Of a DNA stretch of 19,436 nucleotides, positions 6,944 to 16,214 are shown in pieces. Location of the stretch: the IMG/VR virus record IMGVR_UViG_2529292972_000014; one strand, given 5' to 3'. This stretch comes from a virus. Lineage: Duplodnaviria; Heunggongvirae; Uroviricota; Caudoviricetes. Within the stretch, counting starts at the first letter, position 1. Every line of letters begins with the position of its first letter. The position numbers and the translations under genes were made by a program. Below the pieces are notes generated by a model. The model was given only the letters and a program-made list of their open reading frames with translations, did not search any database and was not told the origin of the DNA.

Positions 6944-7465
6944 ATGGAGCTTATTAACGTAAAACGATATTACCCGGAACACAAACCCTATGGTGAGGAT
7001 GTTCAGTATTTCCAGAGTGAGGACGGAAGGGATTTTTATGAATCTATCCCGCTTTTCACAAAGAAATACAAACTCTGTATTTCGCCTGTAACGGGTATTA
7101 TCTGCTCTGTTGCTGAAGATGTCTCTGCTTTATATCCGGCAGGTTTTACTGTTGTTGAAGTGGACGAACTGCCGGAAGGTGTGAATATTGACGGTAACTG
7201 GCAGTTTTCTGATGGCCTGATATCAAAGGTGCCGGTAAACTGGAAGACGGTTGCTGAAAAGCGCCGCTCATCGCTGCTCCAGGAAGCCAACGAAACTGTG
7301 GATGACTGGAAAACGGAATTAAAACTGGACATGATTAGCGATGAAAATAAATTACAGCTGACGCGCTGGATGGCGTATATCCGACAGCTTAAAGAAATGC
7401 ACTTTAATGATATTGCCAGTGAGGGGCATTACCAGGCGATTCCCTGGCCGGAAAAACCGGAATAA
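6944..7465 (+). CDS. Tail fibre assembly protein (Tfa/U family), belonging to the silent fibre arm
   Basis: aaggtg RBS 7 nt upstream of the ATG at 6944. C-terminus ...QAIPWPEKPE matches the conserved Tfa ending (WPxKPE). The ORF track's longer 6833 start is unlikely. Confidence 0.8.
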   Translation: MELINVKRYYPEHKPYGEDVQYFQSEDGRDFYESIPLFTKKYKLCISPVTGIICSVAEDVSALYPAGFTVVEVDELPEGVNIDGNWQFSDGLISKVPVNWKTVAEKRRSSLLQEANETVDDWKTELKLDMISDENKLQLTRWMAYIRQLKEMHFNDIASEGHYQAIPWPEKPE

Positions 7466-7499
7466 TTCAGAGGGTGCATTCAGCACCCTTTTCTGTGGT

Positions 7500-8411
7500 T
7501 TACACTGAACTTACCGTTCTCCAGGCATTATTAATATAAATCTGAACCGGGCGATAATAGACCCCACCGATATTGTCCGCAGACCGGGAGCCGGTTTCCT
7601 GCACGTTAATTCCGGAAAGCATACAACCGGAAGGTGCGCTGTAATTCCATGACATTTCATTGCCTCCGGGTGAATGATAGCTCTGTGCTCCAAGCTGAAC
7701 ATTCTGTACATACCGGCCATCTGCGGTTGACTGCGTCATTCCTGACGTGATGTTGATATCCAGCGTTCCGTCAAAAGGAACACCATTAATATTTCTTGGG
7801 GTGGCGAGTCTGTTTGCTGCCACGGCGGTTCCACCCGATGGCAGGGCATCAGCAGCCTTATTTACCGTTTCCCGTAAACCGACGTTATCGATAAAAGCGC
7901 CTTTATCCGGAATGTCTGCGCCGTTCTGCTCCCTGCGCAGGTAACGGTTATCACCTTCGCTTTTGCTGTAAACATCCAGATTATTACGGGCGGTTCCCGC
8001 ATTCTCCAGGTCGGCAAGGTTCTGATCCTTCGCCAGAGCATTAACGTCACCGGGACCAAGACTGTTTTTTGTGGCAAGCGCCCCAAGACCAAGATAACCA
8101 CGGGCAAGACGCTGGGCTTCCGCACCGGCATCAGCAATTTCTTTCAGGTTGTTTTTCCGGGAAAAGGCATTCGCAGCGATAATGGCTTTAATGGACAGCG
8201 TAAGCTGGTTTAACTGCGCCTTATCCGGCTGAATACTGGCTTCAGCCAGAATATTCAGCAGTTCGGCCTGGAGAATATTCAGCCAGTCCTGACCAATCCA
8301 GCTGATACCTTTTTGTCCGTCACCTTCGGTAAACCAGGTGGTGGTATTACTCTGCGCCGGTGCCAGCGCAGGCATATTCGCCACGCCGGAATTATTATCA
8401 ACATGGAACAT
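7500..8411 (-). CDS. Tail fibre protein (constant N-terminal part residues 1-177 plus currently expressed variable tip 178-303)
   Basis: ATG at 8411 overlaps the upstream stop by 1 nt (taatg). C-terminus ...GGVYYRPVQIYINNAWRTVSSV resembles myovirus fibre C-termini. The right crossover site lies at codons 177-178. Confidence 0.8.
   Translation of the reverse strand: MFHVDNNSGVANMPALAPAQSNTTTWFTEGDGQKGISWIGQDWLNILQAELLNILAEASIQPDKAQLNQLTLSIKAIIAANAFSRKNNLKEIADAGAEAQRLARGYLGLGALATKNSLGPGDVNALAKDQNLADLENAGTARNNLDVYSKSEGDNRYLRREQNGADIPDKGAFIDNVGLRETVNKAADALPSGGTAVAANRLATPRNINGVPFDGTLDINITSGMTQSTADGRYVQNVQLGAQSYHSPGGNEMSWNYSAPSGCMLSGINVQETGSRSADNIGGVYYRPVQIYINNAWRTVSSV
7869..7894. other. Invertase crossover site (gix/pix-like), right, inside the tail-fibre gene
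   Basis: ttcccgtaaacc ga cgttatcgataa: left half matches the gix half-site 11/12, right half matches the TTATCnnAAACC consensus 9/12. Core ga is the reverse complement of core tc in the left site, as required for inversion. Confidence 0.6.
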
Positions 8412-8971
8412 TAAATATTCTCCTCTTCGTGACTGTTTGCATATACGTAAATAAACGTCTGCCATGCAGGCTTATAACGGTTCAGAATACATTCCAGCGC
8501 ACCGCCTTCATAAATACGCAGCGGCGTGAGAATATCATCCAGCACATTCATATTCCGGTAGCCGGTTTCACTGTTAATCGTGACAATACTGACCCACTGT
8601 GAATCCGGTGATGGCTGAATATCTATTTCATAACCAAACTCTGCCGCAAACCGGATATAAAATTCACGGTTAAGAGAGGGTTTCATCCGGTATTTATTCC
8701 CGGCATAACGCTGACGCTCCTGAATGGTTGCGCCGGTCATATCACATTCCGGTAACCCCAGATAACGCTCCCAGTCTTCCAGCAGCAGACGGGATGAATC
8801 AGGAAAACGTTCTGCCAGCATCTGGTTACCGGTCCAGGAAACACGCTCCGTGGAATGACTGAGGCCCAGGCACAAAGCCGCAAGAACGGATGACGGCCGC
8901 TTATCCCATGCCAGCCCGTCAGGCAGCAACTGCAACAGGGCGCGCTGATGCGGGGTCAGGGTTACAGCCAT
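8411..8971 (-). CDS. Mu gp48-like baseplate/tail protein (DUF2313, YmfQ-like)
   Basis: 186 aa; position between the baseplate J-like gene and the tail fibre gene. Confidence 0.65.
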   Translation of the reverse strand: MAVTLTPHQRALLQLLPDGLAWDKRPSSVLAALCLGLSHSTERVSWTGNQMLAERFPDSSRLLLEDWERYLGLPECDMTGATIQERQRYAGNKYRMKPSLNREFYIRFAAEFGYEIDIQPSPDSQWVSIVTINSETGYRNMNVLDDILTPLRIYEGGALECILNRYKPAWQTFIYVYANSHEEENI

Positions 8972-10047
8972 GTGATTTCCCCCACGGTCAGCAACTCTGT
9001 ATCTCCGGCCATCACGGACTTCAGCGGGCTGCGAACTTCAAAATCCTCCAGTCCTTTCACCCCTGCAACAGCCCGCCAGAATGATGAAGGCAATACAAGT
9101 CCACCCGGCCGCGATTCGTTATAAAGCAGGTCTGTTAATGCCTGTTTTACGGCAGCCTGATTTTCCGGCGTTTTGGGTACAATCCTGATCTCAAACGCCA
9201 CCGGCTTATTGGTCAGCTTAAACACGCTGATTGTCGGCCCAAGTGGCTGACCAACGGGCTGGCCCGTCGCCGGATCATCATGACTGCGGATATAATCCGC
9301 CACCCGCTTCACATCACCTTCTCCGGGGAAAATGTCAGGGTTATTATCCTGAACAAAAGTCACACCAACACTACCCGCCTCAGGCCATTCAGGCTTACAC
9401 CATGCCCGCGTCACGCCCGGTACTTCCCGTGCCCAGCGTTCAAAATCATACTGTGTTCCCCCTGATGGCGGGTTCTGTACCCGGAATACCAGCCTGGACA
9501 GCAACTCCGGCACCGTTTCCACATCCGCACCACCGGTGAGTCCCGTGCCGGTGACCGTGGCTGTCTGGTTGATGCCCGCCTGTGGCGTGATAAAGGACAG
9601 GCGGGTTCCGGTCGGGGTATTTCCAGCGCGCCCCGCACTTTCCGCCTCCACATTAACATTCAGTGTTCCGGCTTTTCCGGTCGCAGAGCCGGTGATGCGG
9701 TACACAACCCCATCGCTTCGCTGAAGGAGTACGCCTTCCGTGATCCCTGCATCCGTGGTCAGCATCAGTTGTACCGGTCCGTCAGCGCGGGAAGCCGGTT
9801 TACGGATGACACCCCAGAATGCGCAGTGTTTCAGGAGTTCGGCTTCATCAGCTTCTGTCGGAATTATCTGCCGGGAGATCCAGGCCAGATGTTCATGCTC
9901 CTGTGCTGACAGACCCGCCAGTGCATACGCAATGGCATTCAGGGTGGTTTCATTCACGCCCGGCTGCGAACCGGGCAGGCGCTGGCTGATATCCTGTTGT
10001 GTCTGTGTGATCAGTTGCGCCAGTGGTAAGGGCTGATAAGGCATCAT
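8962..10047 (-). CDS. Baseplate J-like protein (Mu gp47 / P2 gpJ / T4 gp6 family)
   Basis: 361 aa; conserved synteny after the gp25-like gene; start overlaps the upstream stop. Confidence 0.75.
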   Translation of the reverse strand: MMPYQPLPLAQLITQTQQDISQRLPGSQPGVNETTLNAIAYALAGLSAQEHEHLAWISRQIIPTEADEAELLKHCAFWGVIRKPASRADGPVQLMLTTDAGITEGVLLQRSDGVVYRITGSATGKAGTLNVNVEAESAGRAGNTPTGTRLSFITPQAGINQTATVTGTGLTGGADVETVPELLSRLVFRVQNPPSGGTQYDFERWAREVPGVTRAWCKPEWPEAGSVGVTFVQDNNPDIFPGEGDVKRVADYIRSHDDPATGQPVGQPLGPTISVFKLTNKPVAFEIRIVPKTPENQAAVKQALTDLLYNESRPGGLVLPSSFWRAVAGVKGLEDFEVRSPLKSVMAGDTELLTVGEITWL

Positions 10048-10481
10048 TCCCCCTTCATATCAGCATAAAAAATCATCGGATGTCTGCTTCCGTCCGGCAG
10101 GGTGATTTTCACGGAAAGCGAAAGGCGAGCATGCCCCACACGCATGGCATGACATACCACGGATGTGGCAGCACCGCTTTTATGCAGCCACGCCAGCGCT
10201 TCATCAGCATAGGCCTGTGCACGGCTGACCACGGAGGACAGCGTCTTTTCACGGCTTAACAGCCAGAGACGGGAGCCAACGGGGCGCTCCCGGAAACTGT
10301 CTCCCCACCATCCCCGACGGTCACGGGTGCCGTCAGGGATTTCATCGGAATCCAGCGCCCGCCTGTCCGTAAACAGTGAAATAATGACCGCAGTCAGCAG
10401 GCTGTTATCCGTCAGAAGATCTGCGCCGTTCAGTTGCAGGGAACCGCAACCCTGATCCCAGACGACAGCAATATCAGCCAT
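10044..10481 (-). CDS. gp25/GPW-like baseplate wedge protein (Mu gp46-like)
   Basis: Start taken at the internal ATG (10481), giving 145 aa and an atggctga overlap with the upstream gene stop. The ORF track's longer 216-aa version overlaps the preceding gene. Confidence 0.65.
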   Translation of the reverse strand: MADIAVVWDQGCGSLQLNGADLLTDNSLLTAVIISLFTDRRALDSDEIPDGTRDRRGWWGDSFRERPVGSRLWLLSREKTLSSVVSRAQAYADEALAWLHKSGAATSVVCHAMRVGHARLSLSVKITLPDGSRHPMIFYADMKGE

Positions 10482-11088
10482 TCTCTGGTCCTCCCGTTTT
10501 GCTGCCTTCACCGTTATCGTGATGCACATGACCTGAATAGGTGATCCCGGCAATAACCGCTTCGGACATCGTGAACGTCCCCTGTGATCTTCCGGTGCCG
10601 TCAATGGACACATTGCCTTTGACATGCAGGTTCTTATCCACTGTGACATTACCGGTAAAGTGAGCCTCCGGTGTATCCACCTGAACACCTTCATCGGCGT
10701 AAATCTCCAGCGTCTTACAGGTCACAATGATCCGGCCGTTCTTTGTCAGACGTATACGGTGCCCCTCATGGTGATACACGCCGGTATCTCCGGCGGTAAG
10801 TCCGGTCGGGCGACTGCGGCGGTCTTCCACCACAAGCACCACGGCCTGATCCCGTTGTCCGCCAGCACAGGCCAGAAAAACTTCCGCACCAGGCAGGGGG
10901 ACGCTGATTTGCCCGTACTGCTGGGGGCGTTCAACGTCATCAAAGGTTTCACCATCCATACCGGTGATTTGCACATTCTGGATTTTCAGCGTGTCCGTTG
11001 TGCCGGTCAGTACACCACGCCCGAACAGCAGACGAACACCCCGCATCACGGGGGCCAGAAGGCGGCTGATGACTTCGTCATTCATCAT
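10474..11088 (-). CDS. Baseplate assembly protein V-like spike/hub (Mu gp45-like)
   Basis: 204 aa; N-terminal OB-fold-like region and C-terminal His-rich motif (SGHVHHD), typical of gpV-type spikes. Confidence 0.7.
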   Translation of the reverse strand: MMNDEVISRLLAPVMRGVRLLFGRGVLTGTTDTLKIQNVQITGMDGETFDDVERPQQYGQISVPLPGAEVFLACAGGQRDQAVVLVVEDRRSRPTGLTAGDTGVYHHEGHRIRLTKNGRIIVTCKTLEIYADEGVQVDTPEAHFTGNVTVDKNLHVKGNVSIDGTGRSQGTFTMSEAVIAGITYSGHVHHDNGEGSKTGGPENG

Positions 11089-12202
11089 TGAATTTAATCC
11101 CCTGTTTTTTCATCTGTGCCCGCACGAAGGCGTCCACGTCACCCGCATTTCCGCTTCCGCTGTTTCCCGGCTCTGCCGGAACAATAAAGCCGTCACGGGG
11201 TGCCAGAATCAGACGGGTGGTTTCGCCGTGATTTGCATCCAGCGAAAACTCCACCTGACAGACAAGAAGATCACGCTCTTCCACTCCGGTGCGGGGAGCC
11301 GTGACAGCCGTCAGCAGGTTGATATCCCACAACTGGCCGTTCTCCCGAAACCAGTGCCGCACGGTGGCTGTCAGGCGCACAGAGCGGGCAACCGCCCGGC
11401 GCATTTCCCGGACAGCCCTCTGGCGTGCACCGTCTGCATCAACAGCATGATCCGCCAGCACAATTTTCGGTCTGTAACGGTGGATGGCACTGTCTGTCAC
11501 CGTACCAACGGGTGCGGCCAGCGTTCCGGCTGTCAGTGCATCCCCGGCATGACCACCACCACGCCCGTGCCCCCGTACACGGTATTCACTGTGGCGCAGA
11601 CGGTGATCCACGTTGTGATCCAAATCCAGCAGATTTTCGCCCAGCGTCAGCGTGTCGCCACGCTGACTGCCGGCCTGAGTGAAAACCAGTTCACCGGCGG
11701 CATTACTGGTTACCAGGACGCCTCTGTGTCTCGCGGCCCGTGTCAGCGCATCTGCCACGGTTTCTGAGTTTTCCAGTGTGAAGGTGGAAAAGGGCCGGGC
11801 TGCCGTTGCATCATTTACCTGCCAGCGCACCGTGACCCCGAACGGAGCACACAAATCTGAAGCAATGTGCTCCAGCGTGCGGTTCCTCCACTGGCTGCCC
11901 GGATGAATGGCTGAACAGTCCACCAGGTCACCGGTTTTATCCCGTCCGCTGAGCGTGATCTGAAAACGCGTGGCGCTGATGCGCTGCCGGACCTGATCCA
12001 GCCAGCCAGTGATCACAGGCTGACCGTCAATGCGCAATTCCAGAGACTGACCGGCACGGACGGATGACGGAAGGCGTACACCGGGCATCATTACCCCCAG
12101 TTCAAAGGAGCCCGCCAGATGTTCAAGAGAGCGACGAACACTCACCGTCAGCCAGCCGGAAAAAATCTCACCGCCCAGATACAGTTCAACCCTGCTGCTC
12201 AC
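11078..12202 (-). CDS. Tail/baseplate hub protein, phage late-control gpD-like (Mu gp44/P-like)
   Basis: 374 aa; size and position between the DNA-circulation gene and the gpV-like gene. Confidence 0.65.
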   Translation of the reverse strand: MSSRVELYLGGEIFSGWLTVSVRRSLEHLAGSFELGVMMPGVRLPSSVRAGQSLELRIDGQPVITGWLDQVRQRISATRFQITLSGRDKTGDLVDCSAIHPGSQWRNRTLEHIASDLCAPFGVTVRWQVNDATAARPFSTFTLENSETVADALTRAARHRGVLVTSNAAGELVFTQAGSQRGDTLTLGENLLDLDHNVDHRLRHSEYRVRGHGRGGGHAGDALTAGTLAAPVGTVTDSAIHRYRPKIVLADHAVDADGARQRAVREMRRAVARSVRLTATVRHWFRENGQLWDINLLTAVTAPRTGVEERDLLVCQVEFSLDANHGETTRLILAPRDGFIVPAEPGNSGSGNAGDVDAFVRAQMKKQGIKFNDE

Positions 12203-13556
12203 TAATCACCTCCACTGAATGGCCTCCGGGAATGAACAGCGGATCAACAATACCGTTACGGCGCACAAAACGTTGCCAGCCGGTACTGTTCCCGGTGGCA
12301 CGGTACAGGGTCACCAGTGCAGGCTCGGTGGTACGTACAGTCACTACTGTTGCACCGGGTAGCTGAACTCCCCGTGTATTCAGATCCTCTGTCAGTGCCA
12401 GTCTGGCATCACGAAGCGTCAGCGCCGTGGCGGTATACCCCTGCCCGGACAGTGTCATCACCTGCCGTTCGAGCGCTTCGCTTAAGTCACGGTTAATGCG
12501 CTGAAGATCAACTGAACTTTCCAGCCAGACAGGCCAGGTACGGTGGGCTGCGTCACTGTCCGGCAGGGTTTCCTGACTGAGAACCTGATCCAGCAGTTTT
12601 CCCACGGTCTGTGCCTGGGCCACCACGGCAGCACTCTGCATTACCGCCCGTATCAGACGAATATTCTTTTGTGCTGCCGGTGTCAGACCGATGAGAGTCT
12701 GCGGATTATCCTGCTCATCCAGCACGTAACGCAGGGAAGATAATGTCCTGTACAGTTGCGGCATTCCCTGAGAGAAGGCGGATGTCGTCCGGCCGATACT
12801 GCCACCGGGCCGGGTATTCAGGCCTCCTGAAGACAGTGACGGCAGCGATGGCAGGGTGATCAGGGCACTGAAAAGCCCCGCAAAAGATGAGGCCATGCGG
12901 GAAGGTGCTGTCAGTAATGCCGTGGCATTCCCTTTCAGCGCCGTGAACGTGGCAGTAAAGGCACTGATATCCTGTACAATCCCCATGCCGGAAACGGCAT
13001 TTTCCAGGGCGGACACCTTATCGCTGATGGTTTCGGTCATTGCCTGGACATCGTGCATTCCGTCAGAAATCACCGTCCAGCCCGCTTCCAGGGTTTCAAA
13101 AACCTTCCCGAGCGCGGTGGTACTCTTCTGCTCCAGAATGGCGGCCGTGTCCTGTGTGACAGCAGGTGCGGTATCATCACTTACCGGCGTGACATTAATG
13201 GTGAACTCAACCACGCCCTGTTCAGCAGCGTTATAACGACTTTCAAAGCTGTTTATCAGCACATTTAACGTGCCGTAATCCGGGTGAAGCAGCTCCCCGG
13301 CACCGGGAGCACGAAGGGCATCACGCAGACGATTTCGCTGTGTCTGAACATCATCCCCCATCACAAGTACACTGAACGTAAATTCAGCCAGTTTAGGTCC
13401 CAGATCGTCTGCACCACCGGTTTCCCGTAACGGATATTCCCGACGGACAATGTTTCGCCCGCCACGTTCGCGCTGCTCACGCCAGACGAGGAACGGCACA
13501 CCACGGAACGCACCACGACCGTCACCAGAGGCCATAATTCCCTCCGTTCCAGACAT
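12186..13556 (-). CDS. DNA circulation protein (Mu gp43/N-like)
   Basis: 456 aa, directly downstream of the tape measure gene in Mu order. Start may be a later in-frame ATG to reduce the overlap with the tape measure. Confidence 0.6.
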   Translation of the reverse strand: MSGTEGIMASGDGRGAFRGVPFLVWREQRERGGRNIVRREYPLRETGGADDLGPKLAEFTFSVLVMGDDVQTQRNRLRDALRAPGAGELLHPDYGTLNVLINSFESRYNAAEQGVVEFTINVTPVSDDTAPAVTQDTAAILEQKSTTALGKVFETLEAGWTVISDGMHDVQAMTETISDKVSALENAVSGMGIVQDISAFTATFTALKGNATALLTAPSRMASSFAGLFSALITLPSLPSLSSGGLNTRPGGSIGRTTSAFSQGMPQLYRTLSSLRYVLDEQDNPQTLIGLTPAAQKNIRLIRAVMQSAAVVAQAQTVGKLLDQVLSQETLPDSDAAHRTWPVWLESSVDLQRINRDLSEALERQVMTLSGQGYTATALTLRDARLALTEDLNTRGVQLPGATVVTVRTTEPALVTLYRATGNSTGWQRFVRRNGIVDPLFIPGGHSVEVISEQQG

Positions 13557-15597
13557 TCACATCCAGTCCGTGACCGGACGTGTCATCAATATCAATACTG
13601 CGAGCCTGCCACCCTTCCGGGGCAACCAGCTCCACACGGGCAGAGGCTTTTTGTACCGCCTGTCCACTGCTTTCATCATCACTGCCCCGTAATTTCTGCC
13701 AGGCTTCAGTCAGCCATCCCCCCAGATAGTTACCGAGATAGCTGCCCACCGTAGAACCAATGGCAATCCCCACAGGTCCGGCTGCCGCCCCCAGCGCACC
13801 ACCGGCAATACTGCCTGCAAGAGAGCCGACCGCTTCTCCCTTGTCTGTGGCACTGGCGCTGCCATCCAGCAGAACCGGGGCTGCCATCGCGCCAGCCCAC
13901 AGGGCACCTCCACCCAGCCGGCCGGCCAGTCCACCGGCACTGCGGAAAAAGCCGGAGAAACGCCCCAGCCCCATGCGGCTACCGACAGACGAAAGTAACC
14001 CACCGGCGCGCCCCATCATGCGCCCCCAGAACCCTGCCCCACCAGAAGAGGGAGACGGTGGCACTGGGGACGGTGGCAGGGGAGGCGTGACCGGTCTTCC
14101 GCGCCCCGGTCCGCGTTTCCTGCGGCCCCGCCCCTGACGTCCGCCTGAGGATGTATCGGTCGCGCCGGTGCCGGACAGTCCTCCTGTGGGCCAGTTTGTT
14201 ACAAGTACTGGCTGAACGGCTGCCGGATTTACCCCGGTAAGAAAGTTTATAAAACGTTGCCCTCGTCCCTGAGATGTGCCTGGTGGTGTTCCGGCCGGAG
14301 GAGAGCGCCGGAAAGGTGAGGTCAGGAAGGCCGCCGCTGATAATCCGTATCCCAGCAATGCAGCACCCGGACGTATAATCCCCGTTCCGACAGCCCGCGC
14401 CATTTTCAGGGCACGGGTGGCGAGATACATGTACAGCAGGTATTTCGCGGCGGTCTGTGCCCCCTGACCAATGCGATCCAGCGCATCACCATAGCCCGCA
14501 TCCCGCAGAGCCTGAAGCGTGTCGCGTACCTTTCTGATCGCCTGATAAAACCCAGTCACTGCATCACGGGCATACTCAAAGCCCTGGTTCATGGCTGATG
14601 CCGTGCTTTCCGCCAGGGAATGGTAACTGCCATCAGATTTGGCACTGTCAACCCATGAAAGAAATCCCCTGAGATTACCCTTCAGTTTTTCAAATGGCCC
14701 ACTGTCCATCACATCCCGGGCAAACTGGTCCCAGACGTCACCCATCATGGCCGTCAGGCCACTCCAGGAATTCATTGCGTCCTTTTGTGCTCCCCTGGCC
14801 TGTTCCGCCAGCGTCTGAAATAACAGGCGAATACTGTCCGGCCCAAGCAGCCCTTTTTCACCAAGTTTTCTGACCACTTTCTGGTCCACACCCAGACGAT
14901 CAGCCAGCACGCGGTAGGCATTAATGCCGTAGGTGGCAAGAATATTTGCATCCGCCGCCTGAATACTGCCTCTTGCATACATCTGTTTCAGTTGCAGGGA
15001 TGCCCCCTGTGCATCGGACAGTGACCAGCCGCCCACGGCACCCTGATCCTGAAGCATGGTGACAAAATTTCGGGCCTCCCTGTCACTCATACCAAAGCCC
15101 AGACTGGACGTATATTCCTGCATGACGCCAGCCAGCCCCCAGGTGGTTTCCTTCGCATTCTGTATTGCCCACCTGCGGACATCATCAGTTTTCGCCCGAT
15201 CCCCTTTGTAAAGGGAGTTCAGGCGAATCATATAGGTTTCCATCTCCGCTGCCGGGCGAATAAATCCCCGGTTAAAGCCATATACAGCAGCACCACCGGC
15301 CAGCATTCCGTAAAGATTGCTGATCCGCCCGATGGTGCCGGTAATACTGCCCTGAAGACGGTCAAAATCAGAAGTGACATGGCGGATACTGCCCCGCACC
15401 CCGGCCAGCGTGCGCTGCATCCTGCTTCCGAGTACATCTGTTTCCTGCCCGGCACGGCGGGCAGCATTTCCCAGGCCACCCAGCCCCGCCTGGCCGGAGC
15501 GTGAGAATGCCCCCAGCTCCTGTGACCACTGGCGGGATTTGGCTGAGATATTGCCGAGCAAATCAACTATCAGAGATGCTCTGAGATTTCGGGCCAT
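13522..15597 (-). CDS. Tail tape measure protein
   Basis: 691 aa; helical N-terminal half, Gly/Pro/Arg-rich low-complexity region, Gly-rich hydrophobic C-terminal region; position after the tail assembly chaperone. Confidence 0.8.
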   Translation of the reverse strand: MARNLRASLIVDLLGNISAKSRQWSQELGAFSRSGQAGLGGLGNAARRAGQETDVLGSRMQRTLAGVRGSIRHVTSDFDRLQGSITGTIGRISNLYGMLAGGAAVYGFNRGFIRPAAEMETYMIRLNSLYKGDRAKTDDVRRWAIQNAKETTWGLAGVMQEYTSSLGFGMSDREARNFVTMLQDQGAVGGWSLSDAQGASLQLKQMYARGSIQAADANILATYGINAYRVLADRLGVDQKVVRKLGEKGLLGPDSIRLLFQTLAEQARGAQKDAMNSWSGLTAMMGDVWDQFARDVMDSGPFEKLKGNLRGFLSWVDSAKSDGSYHSLAESTASAMNQGFEYARDAVTGFYQAIRKVRDTLQALRDAGYGDALDRIGQGAQTAAKYLLYMYLATRALKMARAVGTGIIRPGAALLGYGLSAAAFLTSPFRRSPPAGTPPGTSQGRGQRFINFLTGVNPAAVQPVLVTNWPTGGLSGTGATDTSSGGRQGRGRRKRGPGRGRPVTPPLPPSPVPPSPSSGGAGFWGRMMGRAGGLLSSVGSRMGLGRFSGFFRSAGGLAGRLGGGALWAGAMAAPVLLDGSASATDKGEAVGSLAGSIAGGALGAAAGPVGIAIGSTVGSYLGNYLGGWLTEAWQKLRGSDDESSGQAVQKASARVELVAPEGWQARSIDIDDTSGHGLDVNVWNGGNYGLW

Positions 15598-15723
15598 ACT
15601 TACTGCTTCGTTCTGATGATTTTTTCTGTCTGTCGGCAGTGCCGGTAAAGTTGCGACAGGGGGAGGTTAAGCGCCCATTCCGGACCGCTTTTTGTCACCA
15701 TCCCCAGGATAATTGCCGCTTCT

Positions 15724-16200
15724 TCAATCTGATCCCGACACTGCGCCTGATCGCCCCCGGTCAGCTGCCAGCTTTCCGGCAAGCGCGGTATCCAGCAGGC
15801 TGACCGCTGCCATCAGGCGGGAGAGATCGCGCTCGCTTAACTGTCCAATCTGACGGGGTGACAACGGACCTTCAATGTCTCCCACTGCGGCAATCTGACG
15901 GCGCAGCAGTGCAACACCGCGTAACGACGGAGACGCTATCAGCATCGGGCCATTGTTTGTCTCCACCACGCGCTCGGCTTCTGCTTCTGCGTCAATACTG
16001 TCTTTCGCTGTCAGTTCCCGGAACGTGACACGATATTCACGGGTCTCACCAAACGGCAGACCATCAAGCAGATCCACATATCCCTTTGCCAGTTGCTCTG
16101 TCAGCCCGGCAGTGCGTGGATCAGCCCCCTCAAGTGCTTCCCGGATTGCCTCCATCACGGCTGCCTCGGAAACTGCCGTTTTTTTCTTACGTGTGGTCAT
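15724..16200 (-). CDS. Tail assembly chaperone (Mu gp41-like)
   Basis: ATG at 16200 with an agga RBS; acidic protein between the tube and tape measure genes. A 60-aa ORF (15600..15782) overlaps its 3' end in another frame. Confidence 0.5.
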   Translation of the reverse strand: MTTRKKKTAVSEAAVMEAIREALEGADPRTAGLTEQLAKGYVDLLDGLPFGETREYRVTFRELTAKDSIDAEAEAERVVETNNGPMLIASPSLRGVALLRRQIAAVGDIEGPLSPRQIGQLSERDLSRLMAAVSLLDTALAGKLAADRGRSGAVSGSD

Positions 16201-16214
16201 TTTATTTTTCCTGA

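Larger units (their letters stand above)
6506..7882. mobile_element. Invertible tail-fibre segment (G/P-segment analogue) carrying two alternative fibre C-terminal tips and one tfa gene
   Basis: Bounded by the two crossover sites. Both arms encode GLR(D/E)TVN(R/K)AA(N/D)ALPS...LATPRNINGVPFDGT...YYRPVQ..., on opposite strands. Recombination at the core dinucleotide keeps the reading frame (checked by hand). Confidence 0.65.
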
